From positions 124,001 through 188,000 of IMG/VR virus record IMGVR_UViG_3300035698_022190: a stretch of DNA of 64,000 nt. One strand, written 5' to 3'. The position numbers and the translations under genes were made by a program. Positions within the stretch are counted from its first letter, which is position 1. Every line of letters begins with the position of its first letter. Under the pieces are notes generated by a model. That model saw only the letters and a program-made list of their open reading frames with translations, made no database searches and had not been told where the DNA came from. This document shows, piece after piece, positions 11,130-23,230 of the stretch.

Positions 11130-12485
11130 TTAAGTTAAGGTCATCGCCATTTCGAGAGAATCTTTTGCTCTCTGTAAATCATCTGTTGTATTCTTGTCTC
11201 CCCGCATCTCAACAAAACGTGGGTGTGAAAGGGCATAAGAATCTTTGCTTCTACTTTTTGTTAAATCATTTGCCTCAACTTCCATGATCGTGCCTATTAA
11301 CTCTTCTCTACGAGAATTAAAATCTTCTAATAGTTTGTCATTAAAACCCGAAGTCTGGCCTTTGATTAGCCCGTCGTCTGTTTCAAATGATATAGACCCA
11401 AATGTTTCTTCTCTTTTTGTTCCTGGAGTTCCTTCAATAAACCCTGTAATTCGAACATCAACAGAAAAAGCTACCTTAAGTTTTAACTGAAGTAGTGAAG
11501 TTCCGTCTTTAAATATTCCGTCTTTATCTTTTAAGATTGCCCCTTCATATCCTTTATTCATCCAGATAGAAGTTTGTTGCAATGCTTCTTTGATTGTATC
11601 AATTCGTTTTGTTTCGATCAACTTAATATTTGTTGTACTAACTTTTGTCATGATTCGTGATAACAAATGCCATCGTGTTTCATACCTAGTAGTATTTTTA
11701 ATTTTAACCACAGAATTTGCATACTCTTTAAGAGATACATAATCCCACAACTCACAAATAATGTCTTTGTGCGGCGGGCTACTTGAATTGATCATGCCAT
11801 TTGCTTCCGCCCTATCCGTGATACCACGCACAGTAAGTTCACCAATATACTTACCCTCTGGGAAAAATGAGAAGGCTCTGTTTAAAACAGGGTACTCATA
11901 TTCTTCCCCAGCCCGTGAGTTTGCTGTCACAGTGCCATCTATAACTGTAAACTCTCTGTAAGTACCGTCGGCTTTCTTTTGTATGAATGCTTGTACTGGA
12001 TTGATTCTATTAGCTGTGCCCTTCTTCAGTTTGCCATTAACAGTTTTGTCTACTGTATATATTCCACACCGCATGTAGGCAGGTTTTACTATTAAGCCTT
12101 TGAAGACTTTATTTATATTTGAACGGCCCATATTAATTCTCAGGTCCCTGGTAATTACTTTCTTAATAATATCAGCGTTGACCTCTGATAAGTTACCTAA
12201 TACAGTTGATAACATTTGTAAGGCCTTATGCCCAGTAAGCTCTCTTGTACTAAATTTAGCTTCCAGTATGTCTAATGCTAAGTTCAATGTTAAGGGGACA
12301 TCCAATTTGATCGGATCAAAATTTCCGACATTTCTCATTGTGATGCCGTAAGTGTATGACACTTTGTCATACGTCATTTTAAGTAATCTCTTTAACAGCT
12401 CATTTTTAGAATACTTTCGTAGCACATCTATTTTATAGTTTGTGCCGTTGTCAGAGTTTAGCTCATCTAGTATTTTCTTTATCAC
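11130..12485 (-). CDS. ATP-dependent DNA ligase (T4 gp30-like architecture)
   Basis: N-terminal helical DNA-binding domain, QKKADG, EGAILKD and LKLK motifs, and an OB domain ending in SHPRF. Confidence 0.92.
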   Translation of the reverse strand: MIKKILDELNSDNGTNYKIDVLRKYSKNELLKRLLKMTYDKVSYTYGITMRNVGNFDPIKLDVPLTLNLALDILEAKFSTRELTGHKALQMLSTVLGNLSEVNADIIKKVITRDLRINMGRSNINKVFKGLIVKPAYMRCGIYTVDKTVNGKLKKGTANRINPVQAFIQKKADGTYREFTVIDGTVTANSRAGEEYEYPVLNRAFSFFPEGKYIGELTVRGITDRAEANGMINSSSPPHKDIICELWDYVSLKEYANSVVKIKNTTRYETRWHLLSRIMTKVSTTNIKLIETKRIDTIKEALQQTSIWMNKGYEGAILKDKDGIFKDGTSLLQLKLKVAFSVDVRITGFIEGTPGTKREETFGSISFETDDGLIKGQTSGFNDKLLEDFNSRREELIGTIMEVEANDLTKSRSKDSYALSHPRFVEMRGDKNTTDDLQRAKDSLEMAMTLT

Positions 12486-12488
12486 TTC

Positions 12489-12881
12489 TTAGCCCAGGTG
12501 AAATCGTTGGCAATTGAAGGTATCAGTAATAACATCCATAAACTTCCAAGGAATGCTATTGTCTTCGGTACCGGTAATGAGAATATCTCCAACTTTGATC
12601 TTCAGCATCCCGGGATACCAATCAGACCAATGATCATGGTACTCTTTTACATCTTCCTTGGTCGCTAGATCCACCCTTAAGCATTCGCTTAGATCTTCTG
12701 ATCTCAGATAATCTTCGCCATCTGAATGGTATAATCTTTTATAGTGTGGCCATTTTTCTTCAAGAATGGATAGCACTAAGTCAGCAGACTTTTCGTCAGA
12801 AGTGACGAACAGCTCTGTTGATGAATTAGTTATTACATCCACAAATGAATGGGGTGTAACAACAAAAAATGTTTTTTTCAT
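12489..12881 (-). CDS. SFxDVITNSSTE-motif protein (paralog 2)
   Basis: N-terminal PHSFVDVITNSSTELFV, nearly identical to the motif in 10053-10451. Confidence 0.75.
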   Translation of the reverse strand: MKKTFFVVTPHSFVDVITNSSTELFVTSDEKSADLVLSILEEKWPHYKRLYHSDGEDYLRSEDLSECLRVDLATKEDVKEYHDHWSDWYPGMLKIKVGDILITGTEDNSIPWKFMDVITDTFNCQRFHLG

Positions 12882-13009
12882 AATTGCTCCTTAAGCGTCA
12901 AGCAGACTCATAATAAAAGACCATATAAGGCCTATTATAAAAAAACCTGCCCAACCTAAAACTTCTAAATAGTATAATACTAGCAACACCAGTATTCCCA
13001 TAAACCATA

Positions 13010-15047
13010 TCATAAGTCGTCCTTATGAATTATTTTTAATTGACCATATGGGTTTCTATACACATAGTCACCTATTGCAACACTATCTACAGCAGCATAG
13101 TCTGTACCATTACTTAAGTGTACAGTCTGATACGCAGGGCCATCAGTAATTTTTACAACAGTTCCCAGATAATTGTGTCTGGCAATTGTTGGCACTGTTG
13201 GTGCACAGGACATTATTATTAATGTAGCTAAAATTATAAGAATAGCTGCCATGGATATATTATATATCCGCTGCATATTCAACCTGGGTGTTATATTCCT
13301 CATTGGGCCGCCAACCTTCATATTCATGCCGCCGCCCTCATCAGGCCACGTGTACCAGAAACCATTCCAAGCTTCTGTGATCCACAAAAAAAATCGTTTT
13401 TTCATCTTAGTTTAATTACCCCTATTATAGTTTTAATGTCTTTAACACTATCATCAATTCCGCGATTCTTTAATTTAGTTTCATAATAGCTTACTTTAAA
13501 AGCTAAAACTAAAATATTGTTAATTATAATTAAGAAAAGCCCAATAACGAGAATGCTAATAGTAAAAAAATTCATTCCAAATCCTCCAAATCAATTTTAT
13601 AAATATTCTCAATAGCCCATAAGGCCCCAGCTAATCTAGCATTAGCTTCATTCCTAAAAAAGGTAGGCTCACTCTCCATTTGAATACCGTCTATAAACAT
13701 GTGTGCCCAGTTATGTCGCATGTGTTCGTGAATAAGTGTACGACGGAGTTCGTCCTTTGTCGTAATCATTTCTTGAAATATGCGTGCCTTAATTCGTTCT
13801 ATGCTAGTTGGGGTAAGCATTTTTTGCAACGTATCAACACTGGCCTGAACACATTCCACCATGTAGTCTTTTACGGCCTCTTCGATATCTCTTTGTTGCG
13901 GAATCATCAGTAAATTCGGTGCTTCTGCCTCTAGATATTGTTTAGGTGTTCTCATTTAATTCCTTAAATATTATATACTCAGTTCTATAACTTCCTGGAT
14001 TTACTAGGGTAAGGTCCGTATCTTTTACTGCGTGCCGGATACCCCGAAACAGTTTTTGTAATTGCCAGCTACCTATAGAAAAATAACTTTGACCTATTAA
14101 TGACGTACCATAAGTCTGCGCGACTTTTATTTTGGCACGATCAACAAATAAGTAGGCTTTCCAGGTATTGTTTAAATCTGAAGCTATCTCGTGTAACGAC
14201 ATAAGGATGCAATCGTCATAGTATATACCATAACTTTTTATCATCTTTATTACTGCATCTAGTCGTTCTTCTTTTAGTTTAGTCATCTGGTTCTATAATT
14301 TTGACGATAAAATACCGGCAATAAGACATAGAACCAAAAAAATCAAAAAACTGCCCTGATCCATATTTACTCCGTTATTGCGGTGTACATAGAATTAGTC
14401 GCTATAAAGTTTCTTTTCCAAGACCAATCATCCATTACATAATTGCTAAAGTCACTGGCGGAGACATCTATATAATCTTCGCTATGCATTTCAAGCATAA
14501 GTATTGCTTTGTCATAGTCTTTTGTTTGATCAACAGGTTTTTCCAAATAAATTTCCGTATTGATACTTTTACCGGCTTTTGCATCTGCTAAAGCTATATC
14601 TAGCTGCTTTATAGCTTCAGCGCGATAACCTTTTTGGGCATCCTTAAAAATTCCACGATGTTTTGTTCTATTTTCTTTTAGCTTTTCTAGTAATTCAGCT
14701 ACGTTTACATTTACTTCTTTCATTATATTGTCCTCATATTTATTATTTTATTCAAAAGAGCCCCTTACACCGCCACTTATTCTTGCGTACATGTCGTGTA
14801 CTTCACGACGAAGGTTATTTAAATGGCCCAAGATTCCCATTCTTCTGGGGTCTTCATTTCGTGGGTCACCTAATAACTCTAAAAGATGTTCCATAAGATG
14901 GTCCCGCTGATGTTCTTCAAACAGGGCGAGACCATCAATTACTTTACCACACATTTTACATCTACATTCACGATACCCAGCTTCTCTGTCTCTATCAATA
15001 TAGTGCTGAAAGTAGTCACTTAATTCTGGGGGTGTTGCGCGGTCCAC
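13010..15047 (-). CDS. Run of hypothetical proteins (13010-13405 possible lipoprotein; 13572-13955; 13942-14286; 14367-14723; 14748-15047 with a C2H2-like motif)
   Basis: Hydrophobic stretch ending IIMSC in the first ORF. CKMCGK...H...H in the last. Confidence 0.6.
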
Positions 15048-15898
15048 TAGTTAGTTACCCCTAAATGCTCTTTAGTTAATTTAAAGGTTAAATCTCTTAT
15101 AGCCTGAATATCTGGGGTGGCGGGAAGCTTTGAGTTTATATATGCTTCTTCACACTTCTCAAATAGACCATCAGCTATGCCCTTTATTCTTTTAAGTGTA
15201 AACTCTCCCCTTTTAATTTGTATCAGCTGGGAGGCGTCCCTACCGCCGCGATCCGGATAAAGGGTACCCTCTGTAAGAAACTCCACACCAGTTCTCAGCA
15301 ACCTAATCATATGAGCTGCGTTTTTTGTATCATAGCCATGTTTTTCTACTAATGCCTTTCGTTTAGCACCCATAACGGGTGTAGTCTTTCCAGCTTCCAT
15401 CTTTTTAAATTGCTGGTAAGCATACCCATTGAAAGAATGGTATACGGCTTTGGTCGCAAACAAGTGTCTATTATCTATGAGCTCCTGGCCGATGTCCGAT
15501 CTCTTTAAATAGTACTTGTCCGGAAGCCAAAGCATTTGAATCACATTAGGATTACTATTAGTTAAAAGATTCATAAATTTGTGAAACTCATAAATAACAA
15601 TATCCCATGGATCTACTGTATCCTCCGGATCAGGTAATCTTTCAAATTGCTCAAACTTACCTGCTTTCTTTTTATATGGGTTCGTGCCAAGATAATAATC
15701 TAATGGTGGTATACAAACTCCCATAACATCTATATCATCAGCTATGTTCTTGTCAGATACATAGGTCCCATGAACAGTGCTGCCACGGTATGCTAAGATA
15801 ATGGAGTGCTCATACAAATCAAACTCACCCTCAGTATTTAGTATGTGATTTAGGATCCGGAGTTTGCCGGTTCCCATCATACGAAGGTTTTTTGTCAT
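15047..15898 (-). CDS. Predicted nucleotidyltransferase (YcgL/PF10127-like)
   Basis: YRGSTVHGT...DDIDVMGV, NPNVIQMLW and YDTKNAAHMIRLL. Confidence 0.88.
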   Translation of the reverse strand: MTKNLRMMGTGKLRILNHILNTEGEFDLYEHSIILAYRGSTVHGTYVSDKNIADDIDVMGVCIPPLDYYLGTNPYKKKAGKFEQFERLPDPEDTVDPWDIVIYEFHKFMNLLTNSNPNVIQMLWLPDKYYLKRSDIGQELIDNRHLFATKAVYHSFNGYAYQQFKKMEAGKTTPVMGAKRKALVEKHGYDTKNAAHMIRLLRTGVEFLTEGTLYPDRGGRDASQLIQIKRGEFTLKRIKGIADGLFEKCEEAYINSKLPATPDIQAIRDLTFKLTKEHLGVTN

Positions 15899-17584
15899 TA
15901 GCCTACCTCAAAATCTTTTAGATCTTCCGTTTTAATTTTTCCCGTTGCATGCAGATGGGCCATAGAAAAAAACTCGGCCATAATCTCATAGTCTTCGGGT
16001 ATGAATTGACAAAAATTAAAATTTCCATATTTCCATTCATCGTGCGGTGCTTTTGTAGCTTTGGTTTTGGGATCATATTCAAAAACTAATACCCCTCTAA
16101 ATTCATACTTCATAATATTCCTATCTCCTTATACCTCGCTGTCCAGTATTTAATCATTCTTAAGTAGTGGCTTAAATCTCTAAACCCTTTATGACTAGCT
16201 CTAAATTCGGCGTTGCCATTAAAAGATGGGTAAAGATATGTGCCATATCCAAAGTTATGAACATTAACCTCACATCCGGCTACTTCTATTGTTCTTTCAG
16301 TCATAATAATTCCTTTTATTTATGCGTCTATAAAACCTCTAATGGTCTTATTGACGGCATCTATTAATCCTTTATGTATAAAATCTGGTGCAGCTAATAC
16401 ATACTTCACGTGCATCCCATTTAATTCCTTTTCAACAAAAGGTCCGTTAAATTTTGTTTCAAGACCGCTGTGTTGACAGAATGAGACATCCTCATCTTCA
16501 GCGATGTGGAAACTATATACCATGTCGTCATCCATCTCTAAATGAATTCCCACTATTTTCATGCTTGGTTAATCTCCTCTATTATAAGCTCTTTAATTAG
16601 GGCAGCTAAGTCCCACCTTAATGTGCCACATAATTCTCCAACGGCTATAATGTATTCAAGATTATCTTTTTCTATTTTTATATCGCTTAGTCTTAGGTGA
16701 ATCATTTTGTCTGTGTCATCTAGTTTCATTATAAATCTTTTATCCGTTGGTTTGTAGTTTTTAGTGCTGCCTTCATATAAGTATCGCCTGATAGACTGCC
16801 CATTATATGTCCTCCATTAATTTCTTGAGAGCGTCAAAACATTTTCGTTGATACTCGTTTTCTTCTATTGTCCTAGCAGGTATGGCTAGTATTGCACTAT
16901 CACATCTATCTATAACCCCTTTCTCAACAGAATTAAGTAAACTAATTAGGTGTCCTTCGCAAATCAAGCGGGTATCCCCTAAATCTTTTATATACTGGAA
17001 GACATAATCTAACAGTGTGTCGTAGGCCTTGCCAGATTCTTTATTCATTGTTTCTTTTCCTTAATGTTTTGTATTTAAAATTATTTGCCACTTCATATGC
17101 TCTTTCGTACGTGTTCCACTTATTGTTTCCATCCTCATCCGTGACTTCCTGTCCGTCTATATTGGCATACCAATGCTTGCCTAAAGGCCACTGCGTAATT
17201 CTGGGCCTGGCAATCATAAATTCATGGAGCTCTTGTTCCTTCATTTGTCTTTCAAAGTATGCCCCTTTATCCTTCGTGGACATACCGAGGAAGCCAAAAT
17301 ACATCTTTATATTAAATAATTCTAAAGCTGTACAGTCATCACTATTTATCTTAGTCTTGGCCCAATCCATAGTATCCTGGTATTCTTCATGGGCCTGATC
17401 AAGCATGCTTACACGTACTACAATATTGGGGCTCGAGGTCAATCTCGCCACGAAGAGCTTTCCATTCTTCATCGGTAAACTCATGGCCCGTTTTGATTAT
17501 TATACGGCAACCAGAACATAGCAATGCTCCATAGCCGTTGTTAAATTTAAATATTGCCTTAGGTATATTATCTTGTTTGTTCAT
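15898..17584 (-). CDS. Run of small hypothetical proteins
   Basis: ORFs 15898-16113, 16110-16304, 16320-16562, 16803-17048, 17041-17484 and 17399-17584. ATGA overlap at 16110. Confidence 0.55.
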
Positions 17585-17587
17585 AAT

Positions 17588-17881
17588 TTATCTCTCATCA
17601 TATTGCCACATAACTGCGTTGCAATAAGCATGCACTGCACCTTCAGTCATCCCTGTATCATGGTCGTGCTGTAAATGCACCGGCCAGCTTAAAAAGTTTT
17701 TAGGGAATAAATACCAGTTAATACTCTTCTCTGTTATTTCCTTTGGGGGCTTTTCTGTAAGTGGCTCCTTGCAGTAATAACATTTATTATCTTGCTCGAG
17801 TATGTACTGCTCTCGAACTTCTTTTCTTTGCTGCCAGGTTAATTTTGTATAGTCAGTAGGCAACTTCATGTTATCCGTCAT
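17588..17881 (-). CDS. Endonuclease VII-like (His-Me finger) protein
   Basis: QDNKCYYC...VHLQHDHDTG...GAVHAYCN. Confidence 0.75.
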   Translation of the reverse strand: MTDNMKLPTDYTKLTWQQRKEVREQYILEQDNKCYYCKEPLTEKPPKEITEKSINWYLFPKNFLSWPVHLQHDHDTGMTEGAVHAYCNAVMWQYDER

Positions 17882-18254
17882 ATAATTCCGCCAGGTTGTT
17901 ATCTAGTAGGTACTGATTTAAGGAATAATATTTGATGCCATCTATAATGGTCGGGGCAAGTTCTGGTGTGATAGGATCGGTCACATATAATTCACCAAGC
18001 ACTCTACCATATACACCTACACCAAGAGACTGTAAGAAAAACGGAGTATCCGTAGGCAATATATCTATCACTGCCTGTTTTGTAATAAGCCCGGCTTTCT
18101 TTTCGAGGAGGTCACGTGTCCTAGTTTCGGGAGCATTGATCCTCGCAAAACGTATTCGTTTCTTTATACTTATGTAGAACCCTAGATCTATAATAACATC
18201 TACAGTGTCTCCGTCTATAACCCTATCAAGTATTACTTCATATAAATATAACAT
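17871..18254 (-). CDS. Thermonuclease (SNase-like) family nuclease
   Basis: RVIDGDTVDV, RFARINAPE and YGRVLGEL. Confidence 0.9.
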   Translation of the reverse strand: MLYLYEVILDRVIDGDTVDVIIDLGFYISIKKRIRFARINAPETRTRDLLEKKAGLITKQAVIDILPTDTPFFLQSLGVGVYGRVLGELYVTDPITPELAPTIIDGIKYYSLNQYLLDNNLAELYDG

Positions 18255-18501
18255 CCTAGTCCGTGGTTACCCTTAGGTGCGTTACATCATAATTCTCGTC
18301 CACAACTGCTCTAATCTTTGGTTCAAACTCCATTCCGTTTTGGGCAACAACTTTAATCTCTAAGTTTTGCCAACTCTTCTTGAGTTTTTGTGCATCTTTA
18401 ATAAAATCTTTTAATTTCATGTTTACTCCTTAATCTTATAATTAATGATATTACTACTAACAACATGGGTATGCACAGTATTATGGCAAAAATAACTACT
18501 T

Positions 18502-21500
18502 TCATTCCTTCCTTACTTTCCCATTAGTTATATAAAATGTTTTGCTTTCTTGCATTATAGCACCATCAGGCATTCTAACATCACAAAATAGCTCAAATTC
18601 GTCTTTCTTTTGTGTATTAGTAATTCTTATTGAAAGGCCGCCCTTATTGGTAACCTCTACTCCAGCGTAAGCCTCTCTTATACCTAAACCGTTTATATTA
18701 ATTTCCATATCTTTCCTTAAAACCAATAAGGGTTAGCCCGACAACTTGATTAGTTTCCTTGTCTAGTATTACCAATTCGCTATCAGTTATTGGGTGTGCT
18801 ATGGTATCGTCGCTTTTCTTTATGTTAATATATAGAACATCTGCAATTTCATCATAGCTAGTGTTAATTTCTTTGGCAGCTTCTTTCTTTAGTTGGATCA
18901 GATCATATAATTCTTTCCTGATTGTTATCCTAACTATGTCACGGTGCCCCATTGATGCTTTTCGAACATTGAGGAGCATTTCCTCCCATCTGTCAACAAA
19001 GTCAGATAGTTCCAGCAATTCTTCATTAGTCATGCTAGAGCCTATCTTTTTGAAGCATATTAAAGGATTTGTCTTTTATTCCCAATTTAAGATCATCATT
19101 TAAGTCTCGTAAAAAGCCTCTAATGCCCGATCTTTCGCCTCGACTAAAAATTCCGATAGCATCTTGGTTATGGTCTTGTGGCGCAGTCTCAGCCATCTTT
19201 TCTTTTAAAAACGTAATAAGTTCTTTTTTCATTGTCTACTCCTTATATACTGTGTTGTCATCATAGTACAGCGACGCCCTCCGTTCTTATAAACATAATC
19301 TTTTTCCGTAGGCTCTATCCAGCCAAGTCGTTTTACGGGAACCCTATGCCTAACTTCTGATAAAGGAGGTATATTTCTAAAACCAAGAGAGCTTAACGCC
19401 TCTTCTAAATAAGACATAACAGTGGTTTTTCCTCTAAAGTCTTTTATCAAAGTAATTCGTATAATAAAAAACGGCTGCTCACTATCTTTAATAGCTGCGT
19501 TTAGACCATCATATACTGCGTCAATAACATCTTTCGTGCCTACCGACATTGCATCAAAATCTAAATAATTTACCCCTTGTTTTACAAAGGGCGAAAACCT
19601 AACTACTCTAAAAAACTCCCCTTCGCAAATACCCATAATTCTTTGCCCCATTGTAGGCGGCAAATTTCTCGTAAGGTGCTTTAGGGTGTCTAGAACCGGC
19701 CCATCACAATCCACCGGATATACAATGGCGGAAGGAGTTTCAGACATGTGTGTAATTAAATCAGGGCCTATTAAAGCCATTTCTTTTAGCTGCGACGTGT
19801 CGCAGTGTTGCTCCAGATCCTTCCATTGGCTCTTGACTACTATGCCTTTGGCTGCATGTACGTCTCGACCCCATTTGGAATAGACTGGAGATATTTTTCC
19901 ATGTTGTTTACCCGTCATTTTTCTTTCGGCATAGCTTATAGGGTAAAATTCCGAACCGCTAAATGTTTTTATTCCATATTCATCTGTTTGAGTTTGCATA
20001 TAAATCCTTCTAATTTGTCTGTTGGTAAAGTTGCCTTGAGCAGATCCATAAAGTCAGACATGTCGAGGAGATAGTTCTCTCCGTCCATATCAGGAATGGA
20101 ATCTCTCATAAAATCAAGTTCGTGGCCTTCATATGAATCTACATCTATAATTGTTAAAGTTCTCATGCTTCTTATTTTGGTTATTTAGTATTTTTTGCTC
20201 CACTAATTAATAACGGAGTATCCGTATCGCGGCAGTCTAACACAGCGGCAGTATAACTTGCGTCTGAAGTTTCAAAAACTTCTATTGAATACTCGTCATA
20301 CCCTTCATTATTCTTTTTAATATGTTCATCAAGATCTACTCCCGGAAACACATAAAAAATACCCTCATCTTTTTTTACACCTTTTTTTGAATTTGCAATG
20401 TAAGTTTCCAGGTCATCAGTAAGATCTCCTATACCCAAAGTAGGCATAATGCTGCTAGACTCCCATCCCTGTATTCCTGTCTCTCGTTCTAAAACTTTAA
20501 TTATGTCCATAATGTTTTCCTCCAGTTTAAATGCGTATTGCACTGCCTGACCAGACCAAAAAGAATATCCTTCGGGGGTATTATCCCAGAAAAAAGCTGA
20601 AAGGATAGTATCAATTACGTCTTTGCCTGTATCTTGTTTAAAATAGCCGGGCTGTGCTTTTACATTGTTTGTAAATTTATCTAGTAGATCAGTTTCTTTA
20701 AGCCAAGAACGTAGTCCTGGCAAAATCTTATTTTCTTGCTTCATAGTTGTTGCCCTTTATAATAAATAAGGGAGGCCAGCGTGTACTTTGCTGGCCCATC
20801 TAATATGTTCATTACCAGTAGAGCTTCGCATCTCTACGTGTGCCGGGGTTAAATGCCCCGGTGCTATTGGCTCAGCTACAGTAAGCAGTCATATTATACC
20901 CTTATTGTTTTAATTAAATAATAATTCTTCGATCTCAGCTATCGCTTTTAGCGCATGTTCTCTGCGCCTTGCCAGATCATCTGGAGTGCTCTCAAGGAAC
21001 TCTCTTAAGCCGGGATATCCTGGATCTATTTTGTCGCCGCGTTCTTCAGTTGGCTGTGGCTGTATTTTTTGTATTAAGTTAGAGAGTGACAGCGATATAT
21101 CCCCTAAACTTCTTATCTCGTCCACTATGTGGTGATGCAACTGTGTTTTAACATCTGTTTTTTCACAAGTCATATTCTTTTTATGGTTCATCTATTTTAG
21201 TTCTGCTAATAAGTTGTGCTTTCTTAACTCAGCCTTTACTTCTGCTAAGCCTTCATCAAGTTTTCCTTTACTGGAAAACATTATAACTAATGGGGGCGCA
21301 CTCAGGATATCAAATGTAATTCCCAAGCCCTTGGCGGTGACGCCTATCGTTATGATTTGATTTGTATTTATGTAGGTTGTTCCTATCTTTATAAATGCCA
21401 TGTTATTTCTTTTCTATAGTCTGAATATCCACATATGCAAAAGTAATAGTTGCAGTAACTTCTTGTTCTGGTCTATATTTAATATCTACAGCTGATAGGG

Positions 21501-21819
21501 GTCCAAGGTTTTTTCCTTGATAGGTTACATATTGTAAATCTTTTTCTTTGTCTATGATAATAACTAGTTTATCCATCTAGGTTTTTGGTTAGCAGTTTGC
21601 ATTTATATATTCCCAAACATCTCTACCAAAGACGGCCTCCATCGCCGACTCAAATATGAAATGTTCACGATCATTGTCTTCATGGTACTCTTCGCTTGTT
21701 AAATAATCTAAATATTCCTGACACTCGTCTATCAGTTCCTGGAAATTTGGATTACCTTGTTGTTTTGGTTTTTGCATAGTATTAATTGGTCTGTTTCTGT
21801 AATGTGACAAATTTGTCAT
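18502..21819 (-). CDS. Run of about ten hypothetical proteins
   Basis: Includes 19229-19999 (256 aa; ATGA overlap at 19229), 20181-20744, 20910-21191, 21192-21401 and 21589-21819. No family recognised. Confidence 0.55.
20765..20906 (-). ncRNA. Candidate multi-hairpin intergenic RNA
   Basis: Closing stem AATAAGGG/CCCTTATT enclosing the hairpins GGCCAGC/GCTGGCC, GTAGAG/CTCTAC and CCGGGG/CCCCGG. Confidence 0.45.
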
Positions 21820-22532
21820 TTAGTGGAAATATGTTGGGCTACTTCAGACGGCTGCTTGCAGTCGTCTAGGGGAAATACACCTTAAAAATTATACGGATCA
21901 GCATCGCGTGGGTGAGGTTGACGGTATTATTGCCGGTGGGTACCGGGGGTCCGTTTTGTTACTTAACGTTGGGCAGTTGGGCAGTGGGGAGGCTTAGTCA
22001 GTGACTAAGCTAGGTGGCGTTGAATGAAAAGTCAGACAAAAACAACGTTTTTTGGCTGTTTTGCATGAAAAGCCATTCAGTCGTGTCGATTGGTTAGACA
22101 TGTTGGTTGGACATGTCGATTCATGCTCGTTGGTTGTGCATGAATAGGGGGCAATGCCCAAAAAAAACGTTTTTTTGTGCATGAATGCTGGTTTTGTCTG
22201 GCAGTTGTGGTGGGTTGGCCAGCCCTAATATGCCCTCTTTTGGGGGCATTTGTGGGTAACTGACATTGTTGGGCAGTTAAACTGAAGTTAAACTGTAGTT
22301 AAACTCTGACGTGACCTGTAAGTTTCTAGATAAATTCTCTAAGCTGGTCGCTGGGGTATGTAGCTATCAATTAGGAACTTAGACAGTTTAGTTAAAGTGC
22401 GGGTAGTTTTACCCACAAAAAAAACGTTTTTTGTTGCTTAAAATGTTCTCTGAACACTGTTAATATTGAAAGTATCACTTGAAGTCTTTTTAGGTTAAGT
22501 TGTTGGTATTGTTAGAAGTTAGGTTGTTTTCT

Positions 22533-22954
22533 CGACTACCGTAACTACTTTTTCGACTACTTTTTTGAACAGCATGTAAATGTCTGATAGATAGAGAGAT
22601 AGAGAAGTTCATTCCGTTTTCGACTACAATCAATTGTAGTCGTGTTAACTTCTTATATAATAGTATGTTAGATAGGGTAAATCAGTCGTAACTACCAAAA
22701 GCGCACATAAACCCCCTGTACAGATACGCATTTCGTTTTTAAATTAAAAATGTGAAATATTCAGTTACATAGGGGTCTTATACGGCTTTTTGGTAGTTAG
22801 GGGTCGTTTTTGGCTGTAAGTCTTGATATTGCTTGATTTGTTCGACTACAATTGTTGGTAGTCGTGTTTTTGAAAATCTCTTGTAAGTTATTGATAAATA
22901 AGGTAGTTGCTCGACTACAATTTTTTGTAGTCGAAACGGCTCTTTTTGTAGTCG
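22533..22954. repeat. CGACTAC iteron/palindrome array in a largely non-coding region (candidate origin)
   Basis: CGACTAC at 22533, 22554, 22621, 22843 and 22912; GTAGTCG at 22636, 22858, 22927 and 22948. Three CGACTAC-N8-GTAGTCG palindromes. Confidence 0.75.
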
Positions 22955-23230
22955 AGATGGCTTAAGTACTGTGTTATCAATATGATTAACACTGTTCAGA
23001 AAATTTAAGTAAGAAAAAACGCTTAGCCGTAGGCAATGAAAGTGCCATAGCAAACAAAAAAACGTTTTTTCTATCTTATTCTCAAAGATTTTTCCAGAGA
23101 CCCCACTCGACCAGTAGAGCATAGATGGACAATTGCTAGAAGGAGGTAGCCCAACCTCATAATTTATATGTGCCATCGGTAACCGATCCTACCCCTGCGG
23201 GAGCCGGTTATTCCGAATAGCTATACTGCT

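Noticed and set aside
104-21000. Numerous plus-strand ORFs opposite the minus-strand gene run
   Set aside because: They are antisense shadows with Phe/Ser/Leu-rich composition, no motifs and no promoters.
22533-22954. CRISPR array
   Set aside because: The repeats are only 7-10 nt, occur in both orientations and are irregularly spaced. No cas genes are present.
22778-23176. 132-aa ORF in the repeat region (also 21994-22182)
   Set aside because: No RBS, and the translation merely reflects the DNA repeats (TIVVEQ/KIVVEQ). Treated as non-coding.
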